Below, piece after piece: positions 8,520 through 16,984 of a stretch of 53,798 bases of DNA. A program made the translations under genes and the position numbers. The DNA comes from a bacterium. Lineage in GTDB: Bacteria > UBA6262 > WVXT01. The stretch is taken from assembly GCA_046759165.1 (NCBI GenBank), contig JBHIBS010000009.1, forward strand, positions 1 through 53,798, read 5' to 3'. Below the pieces are notes generated by a model that was given only the letters and a program-made list of their open reading frames with translations, did not search any database and was not told where the DNA came from. Every line of letters begins with the position of its first letter. The first letter of the stretch is position 1.

Positions 8520-9974
8520 GTGGTTAGGTGGAGACACTTTTTACGGCGATTCTTGATTGGACTTTTGAAGTTAATTGACCAGAGAGCCCGTGAGAGAAAG
8601 AAAAGAAAAAGAATCTCTCTTCGCGAAGCCCGTGTTTCGCCTCGGCTTGTAGGAGTGGCTATATTTTTGATTCTTTTCTGGATTCTTCTGGGAGAGTTTG
8701 GGTTTTCTTGGGAAAATGTCTTGGGACTCCTCTTATTTATTGGAATTATCCTAGTCTTGCTTTCTGTCTATATGAAAAGGTATATTCCAGATACAGGTGA
8801 CCATACTTCTTTGGCAATTATCGGGTTAATAACAATTATTATGGTTTTACTTATTGAAGTAATTCATGTGACGCCCGAATTATCAAGCTATTTAGTTCCT
8901 GTAGCTTCGGCGGGAATGTTAATTACAATTCTGATTAACTCGCATCTAGCAATGGTCGTAGTGCTACTGTTAAGTATTATTACGGCGCTCATTAATAGAT
9001 TCAATTTCGACCTGTTCTTTTTCGCCCTGGTGGGAGGAGTGGCCGGAATCTGCAGTAGCCTCGATGTGAGGCACCGTAGAGACCTCGTTCGGGCAGGTCT
9101 GTACATAAGTGGCGCCAATATGGTGATTATCTTGATGATTGGCTTAATGAAGCAAAAGTCATTTAGTCAATTGGGTGAGAATTTTCTTTGGGGGATTGGC
9201 AATGGATTCCTGTGTGTTATCCTGACTATGGGAATATTGCCCTATTTAGAGGAACTTTTCTCTATTACTACCAATATTAAGTTGTTAGAATTGTCCGATT
9301 TCAATCAGCCCCTATTGAAGAGACTTATGGTGGAGGCACCTGGAACCTATCACCATAGTATAATTGTAGGCAATCTAGTGGAAAATGCCTCAGAATTAAT
9401 TGGTGCCAATTCGCTTTTGGCGCGAGTGGGTGCATATTATCATGATATTGGAAAACTGAAAAACGCAGAATATTTTAGTGAAAACCAGGAAGGATTATTG
9501 AGCAAACATGATGATTTGACTTCCAGCATGAGTAGCCTGATTCTGATTTCCCATGTAAAAGAGGGGGTAGACATAGCAAGGGAATACAAATTGCACAGGC
9601 CCATTATTAATATTATTGAACAACACCATGGCACAAGTCTTATCTACTATTTTTACCATAGAGCCCTCGAAGAAAACAAGGTCTCTAAAGTGGGGGAGGA
9701 AAAATACCGTTATCCGGGTCCGAAGCCGAGGACCAAAGAAGTAGCCATTGTGATGTTGGCAGATGCTGTAGAAGCAACTTCTCGGACTTTGGAACAGCCT
9801 TCTTATGAACGATTGAAAAATATGGTAGATAAAGTGATTAATGATAAATTTATTGACGGGCAATTGAACGATTGTAATATAACTTTGGTAAACCTGCATC
9901 GAATAGCCGAAAGTTTCGCTCACACTCTGACCGGGATTTATCATACCCGTGTGGAGTATCCCAAAAAGGAGTGA
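8520..9974 (+). CDS. 7TM-HD (HDIG) membrane phosphohydrolase, PgpH/YqfF-like
   Basis: Multiple TM helices, then LLELSD.N.PLL, APGTYHHS, YYHDIGK, HHGT, YPGPKP, MLADAVEA, H.RVEYP; typical position between phoH and ybeY. Confidence 0.88.
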   Translation: MVRWRHFLRRFLIGLLKLIDQRARERKKRKRISLREARVSPRLVGVAIFLILFWILLGEFGFSWENVLGLLLFIGIILVLLSVYMKRYIPDTGDHTSLAIIGLITIIMVLLIEVIHVTPELSSYLVPVASAGMLITILINSHLAMVVVLLLSIITALINRFNFDLFFFALVGGVAGICSSLDVRHRRDLVRAGLYISGANMVIILMIGLMKQKSFSQLGENFLWGIGNGFLCVILTMGILPYLEELFSITTNIKLLELSDFNQPLLKRLMVEAPGTYHHSIIVGNLVENASELIGANSLLARVGAYYHDIGKLKNAEYFSENQEGLLSKHDDLTSSMSSLILISHVKEGVDIAREYKLHRPIINIIEQHHGTSLIYYFYHRALEENKVSKVGEEKYRYPGPKPRTKEVAIVMLADAVEATSRTLEQPSYERLKNMVDKVINDKFIDGQLNDCNITLVNLHRIAESFAHTLTGIYHTRVEYPKKE

Positions 9975-9978
9975 GAGG

Positions 9979-10230
9979 AGGATGAAGGGATAGTTTTCGG
10001 AGTCGCTCGGTTAGAACCTCGCTCTAAATCCGCCGGCGCTGGAGCGAAACCTGGCGGATTTGAAGCTCCTGTAACTATCCCTTCATCCTTAGTGTTAAGA
10101 GGTGGGATAGTTTTCGGAGTCGCTCGGTTAGAACCTCGCTCTAAATCCGCCGGCGCTGGAGCGAAACCTGGCGGATTTGAAGCTCCTGTAACTATCCCTT
10201 CATCCTTAGTGTTAAAAGGTGGGATAGTTT
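9979..10230. repeat. 117-bp tandem duplication of a hairpin element
   Basis: Units 9987-10103 and 10104-10220 differ at one base; a 10-bp partial third unit is at 10221-10230. Perfect 17-bp inverted repeat 9979-9995/10073-10089; inner stem AAATCCGCC/GGCGGATTT. Confidence 0.92.
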
Positions 10231-10231
10231 A

Positions 10232-10771
10232 GTGATAAAGTTAACAGGGAGAGAAAAAGAGGAACGAGGGAAAGGTCTTTTGGTCAGTGTGGCTAATTTG
10301 CAAAACAAAGTCAGGATTGATAAAAAGTATGTACACAGGGTAGCAGAAGAAGCACTCAGGTTGGGAAGTAGAAATAGACCGAAATTGTGGCAGGGGAAAT
10401 GGGAGGCGGGAATAATCTTCGCTAATAATAGTTATATTAAGAGATTAAACAGAAGGTATAGGAAGGTTAACCGAACAAGCGATGTGATTGCTTTCTCAAT
10501 GAAGGAACATAGAGGGTTTGCCCCATCTACACCTTTCTCTTCTTGCATTCTGGGTGATGTCTTTATTTCTGCAGAAAGGGCAAAGGTTCAGGCAAGAAAT
10601 TTCAGGCATAGTATAAAGAAAGAAATCGCGATTTTGACTATCCATGGCATATTGCACCTTCTAAGCTATGACCACCAGAGGGGGAAAGATGGTCTGGCAA
10701 TGAGAAAGAAAGAGGAAGAGATATTAACTAAATTAGGGATTTCAGAAAATGAAAAGGGCAAAAAACAATAG
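10232..10771 (+). CDS. ybeY: rRNA maturation RNase YbeY
   Basis: LNRRYR...SDVIAF, LGDVFIS, HGILHLLSYDH metal motif; the true start may lie slightly downstream. Confidence 0.9.
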   Translation: MIKLTGREKEERGKGLLVSVANLQNKVRIDKKYVHRVAEEALRLGSRNRPKLWQGKWEAGIIFANNSYIKRLNRRYRKVNRTSDVIAFSMKEHRGFAPSTPFSSCILGDVFISAERAKVQARNFRHSIKKEIAILTIHGILHLLSYDHQRGKDGLAMRKKEEEILTKLGISENEKGKKQ

Positions 10772-11465
10772 TTTATTTGCAAGCTTCAATAGAGCACTAA
10801 AGGGAATTTTTTACGTTTTTAAGACACAGAGGAATATACGCATTCATTTCATTATAGCGTTCGTCGTCCTGGCCGTAAGTCTATTCTTAAATTTAGATAA
10901 AAAGGAAATGATAATTCTTTCCTTCACTATTGTTCTGGTACTAATCACTGAAATGTTCAATACTGCAGTGGAACTAGCAGTTAATCTAATTACAGATAAA
11001 TTTCATCCTTTGGCAAGGACAATTAAAGATATTGCTGCGGGAGCTGTCTTATTCGCTTCTGTAAATGCTATTTTGGTTGGTTATTTAATCTTCTTCAGAA
11101 AAAAATACCTGGGTTACCAGTTCACTTCTTCAGTTTTTGTTAAGATTCAAAATTCTCCGGAATACATTACGGCTGTTTGTCTGGCGGTGATTCTCCTTTT
11201 GGTATTTGGTGGTAAAGCCTACTCCAAGCAAGAGGTTCCTTTGATGGGAGGGATGCCGAGTGGACATACCGCTTTTGCCTTCGCCCTCTCAACAGCGTGT
11301 GCGTTTATTTCTAAGAGTATCATCCTAGGTATTCTGACATTAATTCTGGCGGTTATGGTTGGAGAAAGCAGAGTAAGATCTGGAATTCACACGAAATGGG
11401 AAGTGTTTATGGGTGGTTTAATCGGGGTAATAGCTACCATATTAATCTTTCAAATATTCGGCTAA
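10749..11465 (+). CDS. dgkA: Diacylglycerol/undecaprenol kinase fused to a PAP2-type phosphatase domain
   Basis: SF..A..GI...QRN.RIH, EMFNTAVE, KDIAAGAVL; C-terminal GMPSGH and SRVRSGIH. Confidence 0.85.
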   Translation: MKRAKNNSLFASFNRALKGIFYVFKTQRNIRIHFIIAFVVLAVSLFLNLDKKEMIILSFTIVLVLITEMFNTAVELAVNLITDKFHPLARTIKDIAAGAVLFASVNAILVGYLIFFRKKYLGYQFTSSVFVKIQNSPEYITAVCLAVILLLVFGGKAYSKQEVPLMGGMPSGHTAFAFALSTACAFISKSIILGILTLILAVMVGESRVRSGIHTKWEVFMGGLIGVIATILIFQIFG

Positions 11466-11489
11466 GGCAGGTGGACTCTAATTTTTCTA

Positions 11490-12476
11490 TTGCCGTTAGT
11501 TTTAGTTATTTTGCTCATTTCATCAAGTTTCTTTTCGGCAACTGAGACGGCTCTTATTTCCTTAGGAAAGTTGAAAACGAAAGAGATAATCGAGGAGAAA
11601 AGGTTTTACATTCTCCAAAATTGGCTTGATAATCCAGCTGAGTCGATCAGCGGAATTCTGGTTGGCAATAATATTGTCAATATTCTTTTCAGTGTTCTAT
11701 TTACTTATTGGGCATTGAAGTCTGTTATCTTTTCTCGTCTGGCTCGGGGTTTAGCGGAGATTATTATTCTGGTAGTGGTTGTCCTCTTGATTCTCTTTTT
11801 TGGTGAAATTATACCAAAGACTTTTGCTCATACTTTTCCTGAGAGAATTGTTCTTTTGACATATCGTCCGTTCTTCTTCGTTTTTCGCCTCATTTCACCA
11901 CTGGTGAAATTTTTTGTAGGGGTAGCAGGGATATTCGTGGGTAAGAAATTGTTTTCCAAGGCAACAAAGGTTACAAGACAGGAATTGGAAGGGTTAATGG
12001 CGCAGGGGAGAGAAGAAGGAGTAATTGAGAGAAAAGCTGAAGAGATGATTAAGAAGGTTTTAAGTTTCGATCAGATTCCAGTTAGAAATGTGATGACGGG
12101 GAGGGCAAATATTGATTTGGTTGATATAAATCATCCCAAGGAGAAATTTGTTGATCTGGTTGTAGAGACGGGTCGGTCCCGTATACCTGTCTATAGCGCT
12201 AGCGAGGATAATATTGTAGGAATGGTTTATACGAGGGATCTTATAAGCGCCTGGCAATCAAAGAATCAATTGGAAATAAAAGACATTTTACGACCTGCAT
12301 ATTATGTCCCACCCGGAAAAAAGTGTAACGAGCTTTTCCAGGAATTTAGAGAAAAGAGAATTCATGCTGCTCTAATTAAGGAAAAAGGAAAAATCGTTGG
12401 GTTGGTAACTATGGAAGATTTGATAGAAGAGATTCTCGGCGAAATCGTTGACGAATTTGATTTAATAAGAACTTAG
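11490..12476 (+). CDS. CNNM (DUF21)+CBS hemolysin-family protein lacking the C-terminal CorC_HlyC domain
   Basis: FFSATETAL, ILVGNNIVNI, GEIIPK, SRIPVY, GLVTMEDLIEEILGEI.DE, then stop; start codon uncertain. Confidence 0.85.
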   Translation: MPLVLVILLISSSFFSATETALISLGKLKTKEIIEEKRFYILQNWLDNPAESISGILVGNNIVNILFSVLFTYWALKSVIFSRLARGLAEIIILVVVVLLILFFGEIIPKTFAHTFPERIVLLTYRPFFFVFRLISPLVKFFVGVAGIFVGKKLFSKATKVTRQELEGLMAQGREEGVIERKAEEMIKKVLSFDQIPVRNVMTGRANIDLVDINHPKEKFVDLVVETGRSRIPVYSASEDNIVGMVYTRDLISAWQSKNQLEIKDILRPAYYVPPGKKCNELFQEFREKRIHAALIKEKGKIVGLVTMEDLIEEILGEIVDEFDLIRT

Positions 12477-12518
12477 TGCAGGTTCCTCACCTGCCCAATA
12501 AGGGGTAGATTTACATAG

Positions 12519-13781
12519 ATGACTTTGATTCCTATAAAAGTTTTTGGTTTTCTTATCTCCTTTTTTTTGATGATATTTCTTGCTGGAAGCGAAACTGCTC
12601 TCACTGGTCTGCGTCGGATAAGAATCAAAAGACTTGTAGCTGAAGGGGTTAGAGGGGCACGAGGACTCTCTCTTTGGCTACAAGACCCTAATAAGCTCTT
12701 AACCACAATTCTAATCGGCAATGCGGCAGCGGTTATCTTTGCCTCTGTGTTGGCAACATCTATGGCTTTAGACTTCTCTTTTTCGTATGGTTGGAGTGAA
12801 AAACTAGCTGTAGGCTGTTCCACCGCGATTGTTACCGTCTTGATTCTCGCTTTTGGGGAAGTCATGCCCAAGACCTATGCGAGAGAAAATGCTGAGAAAA
12901 TTTCGCTCATTTGCATTGAGCCACTGAGAAGGATTTTGAAGTTATTCAGTCCTCTAATCCAGGTGATAGTTGTCCCTGCCAATTTTCTCATTCAGGTATT
13001 TGGTGGGAGGATTTTGAAAACTATTCCTCTGTTTACTGCGCGAGAAATTGGGACGTTAATTGAAGTTGGGGCGAGGGAGGGGGCTCTGGATGAAGAGGAA
13101 AAGAAGATGATTCAAAGTAGCCTTGAATTCGGAGAGACTATCGTGCGCGAGGTTATGGTTCCTCGCATCGATATGCAGTGTGTCGATATAAATGATAAAC
13201 GAGAAGAAATATTTAACAGGATAATTAAGATGCCATATTCGCGTGTTCCCGTTTACAACGGAAATCTTGACAGTATTATTGGAATTATCTACACTAAGGA
13301 ACTATTGACCGCGTGGCGGAATAGAGAATTGATCATTATGGAAGACCTTATCCGCCAGGCTTATTTTGTGCCCGAAACGAAGAAGATTAGTGAGTTATTG
13401 GAGGAGTTTCGAAAGGGAAGAATGCATCTGGCTATAGTTGTCGATGAGTACGGAGTTACCGCAGGATTGGTAACCATAGAGGATTTAATTGAAGAAATCA
13501 CCGGAGAGATTATGGATGAATACGATGTTGAAGAAGAGACAATTGTGAAATTCTCGGACGGAGAAGCTGTTGTTTATGCCAAAGAGGATCTGGATAAGAT
13601 CAATGAGGAGCTATGTTTAGAATTGCCAGCTGAAGAGTTCGATTCACTTGGTGGATTGGTTATTGATTTGTTTGGAAGAGTGCCCCGGGCGGGAGAGGAG
13701 GTAAATTTTAGTAATTTGAAGTTTGTGGTACAGGAAGCCGACAGAAGAAAAGTAATTAAGTTGAAGATTATAAAAAAATAA
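12519..13781 (+). CDS. HlyC/CorC (CNNM+CBS+CorC_HlyC) Mg2+/Co2+ efflux family protein
   Basis: SETALT, TILIGN, GEVMPK, VREVMVPR, SRVPVY, VVDEYG..AGLVTIEDLIEEI.GEI.DEYD, DSLGG..LFGRVP..GE. Confidence 0.9.
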   Translation: MTLIPIKVFGFLISFFLMIFLAGSETALTGLRRIRIKRLVAEGVRGARGLSLWLQDPNKLLTTILIGNAAAVIFASVLATSMALDFSFSYGWSEKLAVGCSTAIVTVLILAFGEVMPKTYARENAEKISLICIEPLRRILKLFSPLIQVIVVPANFLIQVFGGRILKTIPLFTAREIGTLIEVGAREGALDEEEKKMIQSSLEFGETIVREVMVPRIDMQCVDINDKREEIFNRIIKMPYSRVPVYNGNLDSIIGIIYTKELLTAWRNRELIIMEDLIRQAYFVPETKKISELLEEFRKGRMHLAIVVDEYGVTAGLVTIEDLIEEITGEIMDEYDVEEETIVKFSDGEAVVYAKEDLDKINEELCLELPAEEFDSLGGLVIDLFGRVPRAGEEVNFSNLKFVVQEADRRKVIKLKIIKK

Positions 13782-13792
13782 AGGAAAAAATT

Positions 13793-15178
13793 ATGGAAAA
13801 GAAAATGAAAGGATTTGCGCTATTCTTGCCAGAAATAAGTGAATTATTGAGAGAGAAGAATTATGGCGAGTTAAAAAAATTGTTAAAGGAAGTTCCTCCT
13901 GTTGACCTTGCCGAAGGATGGAGCCAACTTTCTCCGCCGGATAGAAATATTATTTTTCATGTGTTAGATAGAAAACGGGCTATTGAGGTTTTTGAAGATT
14001 TAAGTTTTGGAGAACAAAAAGCATTAATTAGTAGTTTAGAATCCCGAGAGTTAAGTGAAGTTTTAGATGAGATGTCCGCTGATGAGAGGGCTGACCTGTT
14101 CGAGGAGTTGCCGGAAAAGATGGTAAAGAAACTTTTTAGCCTGATGAGAAAAGAGGAGGTTGAAGATGTAAAAGACCTCCTTTTCTATAAGGAGGATACT
14201 GCCGGTGGTTTGATGACTACTGAGTTTGTGGAATTAAGAAAGGATATGACTGCCCGCCAGGCCCTCCTGAAAATACAGGAATCTTTTCGTAAATACCATG
14301 GAGAGACAATTCAGAATGTTTACATAACCAATGCCGAACATCGTCTGATTGGAGGGCTTTCTTTACAAACTCTTATCGCTTCTCCCCCAGATATATTGCT
14401 AAGAGATATTATGTCTCCTGTGCAGATGATAAAGATTAATGTGAACATGGACCAAGAAGACGTTGCCAAAGTTTTCAGCAAGTATGACCTTTTGTCAGCG
14501 CCAGTGGTTGACGACCAGAATAGGTTGTTGGGTATAATCACTATTGATGATATTGTGGACGTAATTCAAAAGGAAGCAACAGAAGATATTTACGGAATGG
14601 GAAAGATAAGTGGAGTGGAAAGGGTAGCGGAAATTAATTATGGAGAGGCCTCTTCTTTTACTTTGGTAAAGAATAGAGTTGTTTGGTTATTCGTTCTATT
14701 ATTGATTGGGACCTTCGTCTCCGGCAGGTTACTCAAGGGATATGCTGGGGTACTCCAGTCAGTAATTGCTTTGGCTATTTTTATTCCCATGATGATGGAC
14801 TCCGGGGGTAATGCTGGTGCTCAGTCGCTGACTATGGTGGTGCGTGGACTGGCTACTGGAGAAGTTACACTTGACCAAGTGGGGAGAATTATTCGCAAAG
14901 AAATTTTCGCCGGCCTTATGAGTGGAATACTAATGGGGATTATTGCTATGCTCGGTGTTTTCGTTTTACAGGGCTTTAATCTAAGGCTCGCATTTGCTGT
15001 TGGCTTTTCTCTGGCCATGGTGGTGACAGTAGCTACAGTTACTGGCGCCTTCTTGCCGCTCCTATTTAAACGGCTTGGTTTCGACCCGGCAGTGGCAGCT
15101 AGTCCTTTTATCACTACGGCGGTTGATGCTACCTGCTTAATCATATATTTTGAAGTCGCCAAGCGACTAATCTTCTAA
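13793..15178 (+). CDS. mgtE: Magnesium transporter MgtE
   Basis: MgtE-N domain, TAGGLMTTE CBS pair, FIPMMMDSGGNAGAQ, DPAVAASPFITTAVD. Confidence 0.96.
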   Translation: MEKKMKGFALFLPEISELLREKNYGELKKLLKEVPPVDLAEGWSQLSPPDRNIIFHVLDRKRAIEVFEDLSFGEQKALISSLESRELSEVLDEMSADERADLFEELPEKMVKKLFSLMRKEEVEDVKDLLFYKEDTAGGLMTTEFVELRKDMTARQALLKIQESFRKYHGETIQNVYITNAEHRLIGGLSLQTLIASPPDILLRDIMSPVQMIKINVNMDQEDVAKVFSKYDLLSAPVVDDQNRLLGIITIDDIVDVIQKEATEDIYGMGKISGVERVAEINYGEASSFTLVKNRVVWLFVLLLIGTFVSGRLLKGYAGVLQSVIALAIFIPMMMDSGGNAGAQSLTMVVRGLATGEVTLDQVGRIIRKEIFAGLMSGILMGIIAMLGVFVLQGFNLRLAFAVGFSLAMVVTVATVTGAFLPLLFKRLGFDPAVAASPFITTAVDATCLIIYFEVAKRLIF

Positions 15179-15195
15179 CATCCTCAATAGATAAG

Positions 15196-15325
15196 AAACC
15201 TTTGTGGAAGGGGCGCCGGTCGCGACGAATAAGGAGCGACGACCGAACGAAGTGAGGGAAAGGCGCGGGCGCGAGACGGTGAGCACCCCGGAGAAACGAA
15301 GCACAGGCTGATTCACATAAGGAGG
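15196..15325 (+). repeat. Family B conserved-end element ending in the recO Shine-Dalgarno
   Basis: AAACCTTTGTGGAAGGGG (15196-15213) is identical to 42922-42939. AGCACAGGCTGATTCACATAAGGAGG (15300-15325) is near-identical to 42996-43022. The interiors differ. Confidence 0.85.
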
Positions 15326-15330
15326 AATTT

Positions 15331-16098
15331 TTGTCCTTATATAACAAAACTGAAGCAATTGTTTTGGGCCAGCATGATTTTGGTGAAGCTGATAAGATCG
15401 TTACTCTTTATACCAAAGAATTCGGCAAACTAAAAGCGGTGGCCAAAGGAGTTCGCAGAATAAAAAGTAAATTTGGCTCTTCAATGGAGCTGTTCTCATA
15501 CAACCATCTAATGTTGTATATGCAAAGAAAAAGAGATGTATATATTGTTGCTGGCTCAAAAATAATCCGCACACATAAAGAATTGAGGGAGAATTTCGAC
15601 TCGTTTATCACCGGAAGTTACGTTGCCGAATTAGTGAATAAATTAACAGAACCTGAGGAACCAAATCGCCATCTATTCTCATTAATTTTGGAGACTTTCT
15701 ACCAGATACCAAAACAGGATAGAGATATTATAATAGTAATTTTCGCCGTAAAATTTCTGGCAAATGCGGGTTATAAGCTCAATCTGGAAAAGTGCGTCGT
15801 TTGTGAAAAACCTATCTCCCTCACTCAGCAAAAAAAATTGAGCGTTCAGCAGGGTGGAGTTCTCTGTTCAAAATGCCAACCTCGAGATGTTCAGGCAATG
15901 GATGTCTCGTCATTAGCTCTTAACTATCTTAAAAGATTTGAAATAATTAATTTAGCCAAAGTCGGAAGAATAGACATAGAGACCTCAATTAAGAATGAGC
16001 TAAAGAGAATAGTCGATTTTTATTTATCCCACTACCTCCCTAGCAGGTTAAAGACAGAAGAGTTCGTGGAGAAGCTAATTAGTAGTTCGAAAATGTAG
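15331..16098 (+). CDS. recO: DNA repair protein RecO
   Basis: GEADKIVTLYT..GK..AVAKGVRR.KSKFG; CxxC..CxxC zinc finger; TTG start with AAGGAGG. Confidence 0.95.
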   Translation: MSLYNKTEAIVLGQHDFGEADKIVTLYTKEFGKLKAVAKGVRRIKSKFGSSMELFSYNHLMLYMQRKRDVYIVAGSKIIRTHKELRENFDSFITGSYVAELVNKLTEPEEPNRHLFSLILETFYQIPKQDRDIIIVIFAVKFLANAGYKLNLEKCVVCEKPISLTQQKKLSVQQGGVLCSKCQPRDVQAMDVSSLALNYLKRFEIINLAKVGRIDIETSIKNELKRIVDFYLSHYLPSRLKTEEFVEKLISSSKM

Positions 16099-16135
16099 CT
16101 CGGGGCGAAGCTCTACCTCAGCATAAGGGAGACTT

Positions 16136-16984
16136 ATGACTTTTGATGAGATTATAATGAAATTAGAGGGTTTCTGGTCACAGCAGGGATGCTTGATACT
16201 GCAGCCCTACGATGTGGAGAAAGGAGCGGGCACATTCAATCCTGCGACTTTTCTCCGTTGTCTTGGACCCAAACCATGGGCTTGTGCTTATGTGGAACCC
16301 TCCAGGAGACCTAAGGATGCCCGCTATGGGGAAAATCCCAATAGACTGGGCAAACACTATCAGTATCAAGTAATCATTAAACCCGCTCCAGGAGATATTC
16401 AGAAAATTTATCTCCAAAGCCTTAAGAAACTCACCATCGATTCTCGCCAGCATGACATCCGCTTTATTGAAGACGACTGGGAATCGCCGACTCTCGGTGC
16501 TTGGGGCGTGGGCTGGGAGGTCTGGCTGGATGGTTTGGAGATTACACAGTTTACATATTTCCAGCAAATAGGAGGGATCGATTTAGACCCAATTTCAGTA
16601 GAATTAACTTACGGGCTGGAGCGGATTGCTATGCACATCCAGAAGAAGGATACTATTTTCGATGTAGAGTGGTCGAGAGGGGTGACTTATGGCGATATCC
16701 ATCTCCAGGATGAGAGGGAATTCTCAAAATACGGCTTCGAAGACCTAGATATAGAGATGCAATTTAAGCTCTTCGCAATATATGAAGGTGAATGTGAAAA
16801 ATTATTAGATAAGAAACTGGTGTTGCCTGCCTATGATTATGTGATGAAAAGTTCCCATACTTTTAATCTTTTAGATGCCTGTGGTGCAATCAGTGTTAGC
16901 GAGCGTACTGGCTATATTGGAAGAGTTAGAAATTTAGCCCGGCGGGTGGCTAAATTGTATTTGGGAGATGGAAGTGGCAGATGA
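16136..16984 (+). CDS. glyQ: Glycine--tRNA ligase alpha subunit
   Basis: [53 protein letters not shown]. Confidence 0.98.
   Translation: MTFDEIIMKLEGFWSQQGCLILQPYDVEKGAGTFNPATFLRCLGPKPWACAYVEPSRRPKDARYGENPNRLGKHYQYQVIIKPAPGDIQKIYLQSLKKLTIDSRQHDIRFIEDDWESPTLGAWGVGWEVWLDGLEITQFTYFQQIGGIDLDPISVELTYGLERIAMHIQKKDTIFDVEWSRGVTYGDIHLQDEREFSKYGFEDLDIEMQFKLFAIYEGECEKLLDKKLVLPAYDYVMKSSHTFNLLDACGAISVSERTGYIGRVRNLARRVAKLYLGDGSGR

Noticed and set aside
9987-10230. CRISPR array
   Set aside because: Units are 117 bp and near-identical throughout, with no unique spacers and no cas genes.
15196-15325. T-box leaders for glyQS or ilvE (also 42922-43022)
   Set aside because: No T-box sequence, specifier stem or U-tailed terminator, and the first element precedes recO rather than glyQ.
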